Shown: piece by piece, positions 51,586 through 63,164 of the stretch
Numbering within the stretch: position 1 is the first letter of the stretch
How the letters are laid out: the number at the start of each line of letters is the position of its first letter
Source: Podarcis vaucheri
Lineage: Eukaryota
Assembly: GCA_965113315.1 (NCBI GenBank)
Contig: OZ220368.1
Reading direction: 5' to 3' (one strand)
DNA length: 64,000 nt
The notes under the pieces: model-generated
Told to the model about the DNA's origin: nothing
The model's input: the letters and a program-made list of their open reading frames with translations, nothing else
Database searches by the model: none
Position numbers and translations under genes: made by a program

Positions 51586-52244
51586 ATCTAGGCCAGAGGG
51601 GGTGAATCTTTTTCAGTCTTCGAGACATAGTCACCATTGCCCACCCATACCTTTTCAAGGAGTGCTTGCCAGTGATGGGTGTAGATAAATCCAAAAGAAA
51701 GTGACTGCCCAACACACTCTAAAGTGCACACATTGCCACTCACCACGCACATGCATCTCTCTAAACACACCAGTGCTTTGTTTTCTGGTGGTACTCATTG
51801 GCACACAGTGCCAGCAGCTTAAAAATTAAATAAAATCTTGGCTTCTAAATCGAGCGTGTGAGGAGGATGTGCCTTTTCTCCCATGCCCATGGTGGCAAGC
51901 CCTTTGGCATTGCCAGCTCCAGTGGCACCACTTCACCCTCCTCCCATGGCGGCAGAGCTGTAGAAAGCTGCTGGGCTGCCACTGCACCCACCGCTGCTAT
52001 TCAGCCAGCTCAGCAGGAAGCAGGTGGGCTGGGTTTATGGAGGCAGTGGCAACCTTGCAGGACTCTGGCTTCCTTAAAGGCCTTGCAGATGGCATTGAGG
52101 CGGAAGGCCACACCTCCTGGCAGCGAGGAGCCCAGCTCTGGGTGCTCGGCAAACACTCGCCCCACACCGAGCCCAGCTTGCAGCATGGCCTGCCCAATAG
52201 CAGCTGCAGCCAGTTTGGCTGAGAAGGGTACTTCATTGTGAGTA

Positions 52245-52248
<4 letters not shown>

Positions 52249-52292
<44 letters not shown>
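52249..52292 (+). repeat. (CA)14(GA)8 compound microsatellite
   Basis: Direct read. Confidence 0.95.
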
Positions 52293-53917
52293 TAAACAAA
52301 GCACTGCATGCAGGCCACATTTACATCTTAGCTACAGACCACATGCCTCTCCTATTCTCTCACAAACACACTTCTCACACACTCACCCTTCTTGACAGCA
52401 GTGGTGAACACTTGTCCAGATAATTCGCCACACCACCAGCACTTTTCATTGAGAGCTGCAATAGTGGCAGCTTTGCCACACCTTTGCCCAGAGGACAGGA
52501 AGAAAGAGAACCAATCTCTCCCAAATAGTGCATGGGCCCACCAGGAACTAGGAAGATAGCTCAGTGTTGCAGGAGCACTTGACAATGAGGATGCAGCAAT
52601 TAGCAGGCCAAGGACAGGGCTGTGGCTGCTGGCACCATCAATAAAAATTCTGAACTTGTTGGGGGACAAGCACAACAACCCAAGCTCAACCGGTGTTTAA
52701 TGCAATTTAGTTTGTGGGGTTTTTTTTAAAAAAAGAAATGTCCCACCAATTTGCCAAATCCTGGTGGGTCTTGAACAGCCAAGCTAAGAACACTTGGTGG
52801 CTGGATATAGACAATGGGATGCAGGTGAGCCACCCATGATACAGATTCTGTTTCACACAGTGATGCCTCTAGAAAGATATGGTTACAATAACCCCCCACT
52901 ATTGCTGCTACCCAACCATTTGAGAAGAGCATCACTTAAAAGGCAATAATTATCAGCTCACCAATGTTCGTCTTGTTTCTGAAACCTTTCATCTTAAAAT
53001 GCAGGATATGCCTTTCGGTTTTGCCTCTGAATGTTTCCAATGAGATAGCCAACATTTTCAATAGCATTTTGTGCAACTATAGCTCTATGCTTCCTTTACG
53101 CTTCCTCACCGATTGAAGGAAGCCATGGGATAGACAAGCCTTTTACATGAAGCCCTTTCCCCCAGTCTGCATCAGTACTGGAACTGTTTTGATCTGTTTT
53201 CATTTTTTATATCTGGAACCACTTTTAATTGTTATATATGTGTGCATGATTCTGCTTTAAAAAACCAACAACCAACAACAACACTTTTCTTTTACAGTAG
53301 TATCAGTTTTAATTGTGTGTAAGTGTTCATTTTATTGTTGTAACCCACTCTGTGCTCTTATTGTGAAGGGCAGTTAAGAAATACACGCCCCCCCCTCCAT
53401 TTTATATAAATGGCAGCTGGAGTCAAGCAGCTGGAATTTTGACGGCTGTTCTAAGATCTGATTATTCCTTTGCATCAATAATTTTCCAGCCAAGGACAAA
53501 GTCTAATCTACACCATGCCTTCTCTAGCTCTTTCTCTCCCTCCCTTTTACCCTTTATGGAAACTGGCAATCAGGGACACGAGGGAAGTGTTTAATTGTAG
53601 CAGTAAAAGCCTAATAGCCAAAAATGGTTGTTGTCTCTGCTGCTGGCTACCTTTAAGGTAGAAAAGGTGAGTCCTCTGAAAGTACCGGGAAAGAGGTGTG
53701 TCTAATTTGAAACCTGATGCCTCCTTCCTGGGCTGGTGTGTGGGCAGAGGAGGAGGGAAATGTAGCTCATTGAGCACAACAATAGCAGCTGAGACGGAAA
53801 CCCACAGGTATTCCTTTTCCTAGAGGAGCTTTCAAGGTGGGGAGATTCCGGATTTGGCTCTCAATCTCCTCTTGGGGGCTCTGAGCACTGGAGGGTTCCA
53901 CTCCAGACACACAGGAG

Positions 53918-54036
53918 ATGAGCTTCCCCAGGAGAAGAGGCTTCTACAAGCAAGAAATAAACAAGACCGTCTGGGAGCTTCCTAGGAGATATACTTCTCT
54001 CAGCCCCGTGGGCTCTGGAGCTTATGGCTCTGTCTG
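53918..54036 (+). CDS. MAPK13: MAPK13 (p38 delta) coding exon 1 (119 nt)
   Basis: ATG AGC TTC CCC AGG AGA AGA GGC TTC TAC AAG CAA ... GTC TG|gtgagt = [39 protein letters not shown](C). Tandem position after MAPK14 fits MAPK13. Confidence 0.94.
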
Positions 54037-54659
54037 GTGAGTGGCTTTTTTATGGATCCCAGGGCCCTTGGCAGATGGCGGCAGGGGGTGGGGTGGAAGA
54101 GGGAGAGAGGCTGGGGTACAGGACACTGGAAGCCTGGATTCTTGGGAGGAGTCAAGAGGAGGTCCTTCACTCTCCTCCATTATGGAGTGAAAGCGATTTG
54201 CATTTTGGTAAAGGTGCCTTGCTTCCTTCCGGCCATAGCCTGCGTCATTCCAAGTGTCAACAGATCAGCTCTAACGGGAAGGCTGCTTAATGTTCCATTG
54301 CTTCACTTCCTGCAAGGCCCCTTGTTGTTAATATTTCAGCTGTTTGGTGCCTTGGTTCATAAAGCACCAGTGCAAACTCTTGAGTTTCCACATCAGAGGA
54401 AGATCTTTCAGATATGGCAGGTACAGACGCATTTAGACTGCCAACAGCTTTGCCAGTAGGGATGCATAGCCAATGACCAAGGCTGGTCCAAAGACATTTT
54501 GCTGCCTGAGGGGAAACAGCAAATGGTGCCCACTTGCCCACCCAGCACCACCTTCAAGGTGCATAGCGCCCCTGAGCAGACACAGAACTGGCATGCTTTA
54601 TTTCAGACCAGGAAGTAGACCAAATATAGTCGACCAAATGTAATCTACATCAGCCTATA

Positions 54660-54776
54660 CAGCGGCTGGTTGTTCTCCAGATACTTTGGACAGCAACACA
54701 CATGCTGCCCAGTGGTTAGGAATGATGGGAGTTGTAGCCCCAAAGTGCTAGAGGGAATCCAGTTATCAAAGGCTGA
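54660..54776. mobile_element. Degraded short hAT-type MITE
   Basis: CCAGTGGTTAGGAATGATGGGAGTTGTAGCCCCAAA shared with the 45812 copy. Confidence 0.6.
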
Positions 54777-54859
54777 TCTACGTTGCTGGGCCACTCACCT
54801 CAAATTCTTATATGACCAAAAATATGCCACCCATTCCAAATACCAAAGAACTGAGACAG

Positions 54860-55250
54860 GGCCAAAACTACCAACTAAAATGGAATGGCAGGCGGAATTA
54901 TTTGACTATGTAGAATTGGCAAAGATGTTAAACCAAAAGTTTAACAAAGAATGGGATATATACAGATTATATTTAAAAGAACATTTTTCACATATGAAAT
55001 CTTTGGCATGTTTTGATTAACTTTTGCAATGTCATATGCTACAAAGATCATAGATAATTTATAAGTTAAATGTGATACAATATGCAGTCAACAAGGAAAT
55101 GAAGGACCCATGCCAAGGAAGACGGAAGTCTCAACGTATGGAAGAACTTTATTTTATATGTAACATTTTCTTTGTATTTGATATGTTTTGTTATTTGTTA
55201 TTTATTTTTTGTAGTGAGCGGATGCAATATTTAAAACCGATAAAGATTAA
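54860..55250 (+). mobile_element. L1-clade LINE 3' fragment (ORF2 C-terminus plus AT-rich 3' UTR)
   Basis: ORF 54670-55020 ends LPTKMEWQAELFDYVELAKM...FNKEWDIYRLYL, resembling non-mammalian L1 ORF2 ends, followed by a T-rich then A-rich tail. Confidence 0.65.
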
Positions 55251-55299
55251 ATTGCGGGGGGGGGGGCAGAAACTGAATATTTGTTTCAGGGCAGTTAGA

Positions 55300-55476
55300 T
55301 GACTCTAAAAGAGGATTAGACAAATTTATGGAGGATAAAGTCATCAGTGGCTACTAACCTTTATGGCTCTGTTCTCCCTCCACTGTCAGAGGCATCTTGC
55401 TGGCTACTGTGAGAACATCACGCAGGACAAGATCAGCCACTGGCCTGATGCAGTAGGCTCTTCTTACAGTCTTATG
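55300..55476 (+). mobile_element. CR1-like LINE 3' end
   Basis: AAAAGAGGATTAGACAAATTTATGGAGGATAA (K.GLD.FME) followed by a 3' UTR ending CTTCTTA..TCTTATG. Confidence 0.7.
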
Positions 55477-55478
55477 TA

Positions 55479-55647
55479 CCGTATTTTTCACTCTATAACA
55501 CGCACCCGACCATAACACGCACGTAGTTTTTAGAGGAGGAAAATCTGTAGGCATGCCACTTGTAGGCATTCCCTCCATAACACGCACAGACATTTCCCCT
55601 TACTTTTTAGGAGGAAAAAAGTGAGTGTTATGGTGCAAAAAATACGG
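55479..55647. mobile_element. Tc2/pogo-like MITE
   Basis: TA|CCGTATTTTTCACTCTATAACAC ... GTGTTATGGTGCAAAAAATACGG|TA; internal ATAACACGCAC repeated three times. Confidence 0.88.
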
Positions 55648-55965
55648 TATATGCTTATGTATGTTCATGTGTATGTATATGAATATATATACTACTAGTT
55701 TATGCATGCATTTTTGTGCTGCTGCCCTTGACCCTTTGTCATTTGAGGCAACTGCCTCACTTTGCCTAATGGTAGGGAGCATATTAAAAACCATGCCAGA
55801 CAATTAGAATGCAGGCATTTTATGATGATTTACCCCCAGAACTTTGAGCAGGACAGAACTTGCAGTCAGTAAAGAATGGTGTAAAGTCAGACTCTTTCCA
55901 TGTTACTTATTTGAAAGGTGGGCACATAAGATAGCCAGAGCATATAGAAAAATATAAAACAAATA

Positions 55966-56190
55966 CAGTGGTACCTCGTGTTATGAACTTAATTCGTTCC
56001 AGAGGTCTGTTCTTAACCCGAAACCTTTCTTAACCTGAGGTGCACTTTCACGAATGTGGCCTTCCACTGTTGCTGTGCTACTGGTGCACAATTGCCGTTC
56101 TCATCCTGGGGCAAAGTTCGCAACCCGAGGTACTGCTTCCGGGTTAGTGGAGTTCATAACCCGAGGTGTTTGTAACCCGAGGTACCACTG
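55966..56190. mobile_element. Tigger-like MITE, family B
   Basis: TA|CAGTGGTACCTCG ... CGAGGTACCACTG|TA with internal AACC(C/T)GA repeats. Confidence 0.92.
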
Positions 56191-57480
56191 TACATGTTTG
56201 GAAGTATGCATCGTGCAGGTTAGGGAGCCAGATTTGGTGGTGTCTTCAAGGCAAGTGTACCTCCCATACCCTTGAATGGGTCCTGAGACATAAATCTTCC
56301 ATTAAGATTTTAACCCTTGCTGGATCCAGGACCCCAAGAATCACAAGGGACTCAGACATCATGCAGGCTAGCCCCCAAACTCACAACTATATTGTTGCCA
56401 TCAGCAAATTGGGGAAGGGATTTTTTAAAAAAAATGAGACTGAAAAGGTTTAGGCACTAAAAGGAATACAAGATGTGTCTGCTGGATGGCCCATGTAGCC
56501 TAACATTCTGTTGTCCCAATGGCCCATGTAGCCTAGCATTCTGTTGTCACAGTGGCTGACCACATGCCTGTGGCGAAACCGCATGCAGGACCAAACACAA
56601 GAGCACTCTCTCAAAGCAGCTGGTATCCAAAGGCACCATGGCTTTGACAGCAGAGGCAGAACATGTTTAAAATATTAGAGCAGGCTGCTGAAAAGGACAG
56701 ATTTCTTGGAGCTCAGCTGCTGCTACAACTTCCTAGAGCCCAAGAATGCCTGCAAAGGACAGCCATCCTTTTATCACATATACTCATCAGGTGGAATGAA
56801 TTTGTGTGTGGTATTTTTGCATTTCTGCTGTGTTGGTTAATAAGCAGGCTAGAACCAAGGGTGGATTCATGGTATTTGCATAACGATAGCAATTGCCACA
56901 TGATAACCTAGTAATCGTGTGCTGACTTGCTCTGAGCAACGTCTGGTGCGATATTTTGCAGGCACAGGACAATTCTACAGGCTGCATACATACAAAAAAG
57001 CATTGAATGTATAGACTCAGATTGCTTATAGGCGATTGTCTGTGCTGATTAAAAATTAAAAGGGAGTGATATTAAAACCTTTGTAACTCAGGTTCCAAGT
57101 CTACTTAGACATGAGGATTGCTGAGTACAAAATGGATGAGTCCCAAATAGCATTTCTACTGTGAGGGCTGAGCAATCCAAACTGAATTAAATAGCACAAC
57201 TCCCAGGCCACCTTATTCTGGAGAGGATCAGCCCCCCCCCCCTTGCCTCGCTCTGGACTATCTTTTGGGGGATGGACTGGCAGCAGTGGCTATGGAACTG
57301 TAGCCTCAACCAAGTGACTTTACTCTAGCACTTAGCTGCAAGATTGCAAAAAGTATGACATCAGCCTTCAGGAATGGTTTATTAAATGAAGAATGAGTTT
57401 ATTGCATAGGATAGAGCACGACTGGCTCACTGGCTGATTGAATCCTTCCTGCATTTGGGGGACAATAATTAGTTGACATA

Positions 57481-57839
57481 GGGACGCAGGTGGTGCTGTG
57501 GGTTACACAGAGCCTAGGACTTGCCGATCAGAAGGTCGGCGGTTCAAATCCCCGCGACGGGGTGAGCTCCCGTTGCTCGGTCCCTGCTCCTGCCCTCCTA
57601 GCAGTTCGAAAGCACGTCAAAGTGCAAGTAGATAAATAGGTACCGCTCCAGCGGAAAGGTAAATGGCATTTCCGTGTGCTGCTCTGGTTCGCCAGAAGCG
57701 GCTTAGTCATTCTGGCCACATGACCTGGAAGCTGTCTGCAGACAAACGCTAGCTCCCTCGGCCAATAAAGCGAGATGAGCGCTGCAACCCCAGAGTCGGT
57801 CACGACTGGACCTAATGGTCAGGGGTCCCTTTACCTTAC
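57481..57839 (+). mobile_element. Full-length Sauria SINE with 14-bp TSD
   Basis: GGGACGCAGGTGGTGCTGTGG head, B-box GGTTCAAATCC, tail CCCTTTACCTTAC. TSD TAATTAGTTGACAT at 57466-57479 and 57840-57853. Confidence 0.96.
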
Positions 57840-58747
57840 TAATTAGTTGACATGGAACATTGATGGAATATCTCTTTTTCCCATACTCATTCACATATTG
57901 CTTTGTTTAAAAAACACTTTTCAGTCTTTTTCTTAAAATTGTATCCCAACCTTTCCACTGATAGATTGCCAAGATAGTTAATGATAATAGATGATTATGA
58001 TAAATAAAGATACAGAATAACAATAAAAACATTGGAACCAGAGCAGAGGATACAAACACTTCAATAAAAATGCACATACAATGTGCACATGAACTTTCAG
58101 AGACAAAGATGGGTTACTTTGTTATATTGAAAACAGAAAAAGTGTCCCATGGCATCTTACAGACCAGCAGATTTATTGTGGCATAAGCTTTTGAGATGCA
58201 TGAAATGTTATCCTCAGCTGACAGATACAGGCACACAATCCTAAACCCACTTTATAGAGATTGGGAAGAAAATTGATGTGGTTTGCATAATAATGCAAAT
58301 CTACTTAAAATCCACACTTCTTGCAGCAATACTCAAAGCTGAAATGCAGCTGTTCTTCAAAATTTACACTTCTGTAAATTTTAGAGTGCGGTCCTCTAAC
58401 CAAAGAAAGCTTACAAAAATGCATGTTTTAGTGAAAATAAAATAAAATATGTACTAGAGAAAATTGTTTGCATAAAAGTTTGTGATAGTGGCAATGGCTT
58501 ACAAAAATGTGTTTAATATGAGAAATGTCCACTAAATTGCTGGTGAATTTTTATGAGGACTTAAAAAAACCCCACCAAAATTTCAGACTAATGCTGAACT
58601 GAAGAAATGAACTAAAGTTAAGTCTGGGAAAATGAGAAACCAGTACTGATGGATTTGCCCTTCCATACTTTCAAGTAAACATGCAGAAGCTCTCATAGCA
58701 CTCCACCTTCATATCCTTCTGGATTTCTCCTGCCTTATTTGCCACAG

Positions 58748-58877
58748 CTCAGCAATAGATAAGAAGACAGGGGAGAAAGTGGCAATCAAGAAGCTCTGCC
58801 GCCCATTCCAGTCTGAGATCTTTGCCAAGCGGGCATATCGTGAACTGACACTGCTGAAGCACATGCAGCATGAGAAT
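58748..58877 (+). CDS. MAPK13: MAPK13 exon 2 (130 nt)
   Basis: ccacag|C TCA GCA ATA GAT AAG ... CAT GAG AAT|gtgagt = [43 protein letters not shown]. Confidence 0.96.
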
Positions 58878-59542
58878 GTGAGTAACTCCTTCCCTTTGCT
58901 TGCTTACACACAGGTGTCTATGTCTTTCATGCACAGCCCTGGATGGAAGATGGAATTGAATATTGGAATCTATCTCCACCCAAGTTTTGATAGTCAAAAC
59001 AAAATCTGACCAAGTATGCAGTGTCAGAATGTGCATGCCCACCAGATTTCAGCCACATTCACACCACGCATGTAAAGCAGTATCATGCTGCTTTGGACAG
59101 TCATGGATTCCCCAAAAGAATTCTGGGAGCTGTAGTTTCTCAAGGGTGCTGAGAGTTGTTAGGAGTCCCCTATTCACTAGCCAGAGCTACAATTCTCAAT
59201 AGTAGTTTAACCATCAGTCCCTCTTCACAGGGAACTCTGGACAGCAACAAGTTCTTCATCCCTGTATTAAACTTTGCTGCTGTACTAACCACGTTACTAG
59301 TTGGCAAAATCTTCATGCAGAGGCTCATAAACTGATATGCCCTAGTCCTTATAGACAGTGATGATGGTAAAAGAGCAAGAGCTGATGATAGGTGACATCT
59401 AATAAATCTCCACCCCTGAGCCCTTTTTCCCCTGCTTCTCTTCCACATGTCTGATGCACTTAGTTCAAGTGGACAAAAAAGAGGAGCATGGCCTGTGCCA
59501 GTTAAATGCACTCTTCTTCAGATCTGCTTAGGATCTCTAGTA

Positions 59543-59772
59543 CAGTCGTACCTTGGTTGACGAACGCCTTAGCAGTCAAATGTTTTGGCTCCTGAACGCT
59601 GCAAACCCAGAAGTGAGTGTTCCAAATGTTCTTTTGGAAGGCTTCCGCAGCTTCTGATTGGCTGCTTCTGATTGGGGCTTCCGCAGCTTCTGATTGGCTG
59701 CAGGAAGTCGAATGTTTTGGAAGTCGAACAGACTTCCGGAACGGATTCCATTTGGCTTCCAAGGAACGACTG
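59543..59772. mobile_element. Tc1/mariner-type MITE, family A, rearranged centre
   Basis: TA|CAGTCGTACCTTGG ... CCAAGGAACGACTG|TA. GCTTCCGCAGCTTCTGATTGGCTGC occurs twice in place of the central palindrome. Confidence 0.9.
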
Positions 59773-60259
59773 TATACCAAATGAAGAGGACAGGGAAATT
59801 GCAATATTCCACTTCTGGACTGCATACAATGCAGAGATGAAAATCCGCTTTCCTTCAGAATTCACACTCTGGTGCGGGCAGGGTGCAAGTTCATGCTCTG
59901 TTTCCCAAAATGGTAAACATTGGCAATCAGCTATGCTGGTGATATTCTAATAATGTGAGTAAGTCCTGTTTTCTCAGCTTCAGGAAAGTTTTGGCTGTTG
60001 GGCATGTTCCAATCTCTTTTGCAAGTTCTGCAGTATTAGTATTCTAGCATCTGAAAACACACATTCTTTACTATTCCTGGCGTTAGTCCCTAGATTTGGG
60101 ACTTGCATAAATACTGTACAGCATATAGTATAAAATCTGGGTTTCCACCCAATGCATGAACTGCCATTGAACCATGGCTTTGCTTCTGGTGGGGCACAGA
60201 ACTCCTCTTCTACAGTGTGTCCTTAATAACATTAAATTCCGTGTCCCCTTTTACTGCAG

Positions 60260-60318
60260 GTCATTGGGTTACTTGATGTCTTCACTTCAGCTATGACCTT
60301 TGACGGATTCCAAGACTT
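60260..60318 (+). CDS. MAPK13: MAPK13 exon 3 (59 nt)
   Basis: ctgcag|GTC ATT GGG TTA CTT GAT GTC TTC ... CAA GAC TT|gtaagt = VIGLLDVFTSAMTFDGFQD(F). Confidence 0.95.
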
Positions 60319-60800
60319 GTAAGTTTGTACTTTCTTCCATAAAATGCTGCAAAGTTCTACTGTAGGATTTGCTTCTGGTACAGTGTGTTAGTCTGTTGCC
60401 TGGTACTACAAAAATCAGCTGAATTCAGCCTGATTCCATTCCTCCTGAAGTCAGCGACTGAATCTAAACTATTGCTTGTGTATACTCTGAAAAGAAGCCA
60501 ATGTGTACTAATTTCCATAGTTTATATACAAGTTGCAGAATTCAGCTTTTTCTGGGCGCAGAATGTTATTTCTTCATTGCTGTTTTTCTTTTATTTAAAA
60601 GCATATATAAACCACTTAATGTTTTAAAAATACTAAAGTAGTATTAGAAATAGAATATGTGGCACTCCTGTCTTTCTCACTGTGATCAATGTTGCCATTT
60701 CTGATCCTGAAATAGAGGATAGTTCTCAGAAATGCAATGTCTTAGTATGTCAGTGACAGTCTTCCTTTGAGATTCAGGGAATTGTTTTACTGTCTTCTAG

Positions 60801-60909
60801 CTACCTGGTGATGCCATACATGCGGACAGATTTACAAAAGATAATGGGACATCAGTTCAGTGAAGAGAAGATTCAGTATCTAATCTACCAGGTGTTGAAA
60901 GGGTTGAAG
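60801..60909 (+). CDS. MAPK13: MAPK13 exon 4 (109 nt)
   Basis: ttctag|C TAC CTG GTG ATG CCA TAC ... GGG TTG AAG|gtaagc = [36 protein letters not shown]. Met gatekeeper typical of p38 gamma/delta. Confidence 0.96.
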
Positions 60910-61326
60910 GTAAGCGTTTGGGAAAAAACAGAGTAGGAATTTGATCCTGCTGAATTTTCCTTCATGTCTCTCTTCTGGTCTAAAAAGTAGATTCTGATAT
61001 ACTGGACAAACTAGCTTGCAAGTTCCTACATTTATCAAATGAATGCCTTTACAAGTCTGCTCATTATAAGAGTTCATAACCTTTCAGTCTCCCCATGTTC
61101 TAGCTGATAACTTAGCAAGTGGAATAAGGTACATGGGTTATTGTTTTTTAGGACATAGAGGTTGGTAGTATGTGTGATTATAAGAGGCTTAGTGGAAGTC
61201 TAGTATATAGCAGCTGAGTTTCTTAGCTTTTTAGCTCACCATTTCAGTTTGGCAGAAACTATGCAGACTGCTTTGATTTTTCTCAGAGCCACTGGGGGCA
61301 ACTTAATTCTCATCTAAGTTGTAAGT

Positions 61327-61462
61327 CAGCAATGGAAAACTTGTGGCCGTCTAAATGTTGCTGGGCTACAACTCCCATCCTTCCAGACTCTGATCACTGG
61401 TCCTGCTGGTTAAGGCTGATGTCCAAATAACCTATGGAGACCGACTTGGTTGGCCATCACTG
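61327..61462. mobile_element. Degraded short hAT-type MITE
   Basis: CAGCAATGG.AAACTTGTGGCC...GCTACAACTCCCATC...GTTGGCCATCACTG, related to the 44587 and 45812 copies. Confidence 0.65.
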
Positions 61463-61598
61463 TTATATGAGTACAGCAAGGGACATTTTTCATTACACAA
61501 GATCCTGACAGATGATTGACTGTTGGGGTTGGGTGGGAAAATACTTGTTCACAAATGACCAAACAGACGTTTGTGTGTTTTCTCTTTTTTAATTGCAG

Positions 61599-61628
61599 TA
61601 TATTCATTCCGCTGGAATCATTCACAGG
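61599..61628 (+). CDS. MAPK13: MAPK13 exon 5 (30 nt); later exons not found in the window
   Basis: ttgcag|TAT ATT CAT TCC GCT GGA ATC ATT CAC AGG|gtatgt = YIHSAGIIHR. Confidence 0.95.
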
Positions 61629-61899
61629 GTATGTGTCCCTTAACTTTCTTTAAAGCCGTTTCCCTTACAACTTACAGTGCATTCTCCTGCACATGATACC
61701 TTTTCTGCCCTCAACCTTTTCAAATTCTCTTTTGATCTATGTTCTTGCTCAAAACACCAGCGAGTCCCTATTCATATGCCAAAGACTACCAAATGATACC
61801 TAATGATATCTGCCTGCCTCTACCAGGGACATTATCCTCTGTCCATAGAAGTTTCTTAGCTATGTGGAAAAGACAGTTGCTGGTTCTGCCCCAGCAGTG

Positions 61900-62330
61900 C
61901 GTTGCAGTAAACCCGGAGCCAATACTATCATCCAGCCTGGCCACATTTGAGCTGCCACTATTCTGCCTTAGGGTGGCCTAAGGGATCGCTTCAGTCCATA
62001 TATCACTGCCTGGCAACTGTACTCCTCAGATGGGGCAGTACTAAGTGTATCACATGCCCCAGAGCTGATCTTTGCTTGTACTAGAAATTGGGCTTTTAGT
62101 GTTGCAGCTCCAGCTCACTGGAATCAGTTGCCAGCCCAGATTAGACAGGCACTTCACTTCGTGACATTTAGGCACCTGCTGAGGTCAGTGTTGTTTAAGG
62201 AGGCTTTCCCTGAGGTGTGACCCAGTCATTTATGGAATATTAATTGCACATCTGTCAGAATGATTTTATTGTTTTGCTTTGATGGCTTCAGGCTGTGAAG
62301 TGCTCAGCACATTTGTAAAATAAATAAAAG
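61900..62330 (+). mobile_element. Degraded L2-like LINE 3' fragment
   Basis: GGGCTTTTAGTGTTGCAGCTCCAGCTCACTGGAATCAGTTGCCA (AFSVAAP..WN.LP) ... CTGCTGAGGTCAGTGTTGTTTAAGGAGGCTTTC. Confidence 0.65.
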
Positions 62331-62941
62331 AGAAGGCCAGGTTCCTCCACCTTTATAAGAGTTGTGGAGAAGAGGAAACCGCAGCAGGCGTGGCTTGTTG
62401 TTTAAGCTCCTCCCACTGTGCCGCCTGAAGCAGGTTGCTCGCTTCTCCCTGCTGTGTTGCAGGGTGGCATTTTTCTGCCACTTAGCTGCACTTTCTTCAG
62501 CTCTTACCTCACATACTCCCAAGGGCAAGTCCTGGACACAGAGCTGTGAGGGCCTCTAGTTCCTCCCTCGAAAAATATTTTGGAAACTGCCTGAGGAAAA
62601 TGCATTGCACATCACCTGAAAATACATCACTACACAGAGCCTCTTCCACACCCTGACGCCAGCTTTCAACACAGAACGTTTTTGAAGACAGCATCCCAAA
62701 ATGCAGAGAAAAAGCAGGCCTAAATTAGAGGGAAGGAGAGCCTTCTGTCACATTAAACAAGGCTAGATACCTGTCTAGTTTTAAGTGTAGAACATAATCT
62801 TTTACCTCCCCCAAACCACAAAAGTACCTATGTGTCCCACATCTGGGGAGCATTTACTGAGAACATTAATAAGAGAGTGTAGGGACAGGTTTTCCATCCT
62901 TGAAAAAAAGTGAGACAGATTTTTTGTTATTAAATTTAATA

Positions 62942-63164
62942 CAGTGGTACCTCGGGTTACAGATGCTTCAGGTTACAGACTCTGCTAACCCAGAAATAGT
63001 ACCTCAGGTTAGGAACTTTGCTTCAGGATGAGAACAGAAATTGTGCGGTGGCGCAGTGACAGTGGGAGGCCCCATTAGCTAAAGTGGTGTCTCAGGTTAA
63101 GAACAGTTTCAGGTTAAGAACAGACCTCCAAAATGAATTAAGTTCTTAACCCGAGGTACCACTG
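62942..63164. mobile_element. Tigger-like MITE, family B (inverted relative to the 55966 copy)
   Basis: TA|CAGTGGTACCTCGGGTTA ... TAACCCGAGGTACCACTG|TA, 18-bp perfect TIR. Its reverse complement aligns by eye along the full length of 55966-56190. Confidence 0.93.

Noticed and set aside
51858-52320. Cluster of 100-127 aa ORFs in a GC-richer patch upstream of MAPK13
   Set aside because: No recognisable domain or convincing exon boundaries, and they run into a (CA)n(GA)n repeat. Probably a decayed repeat.
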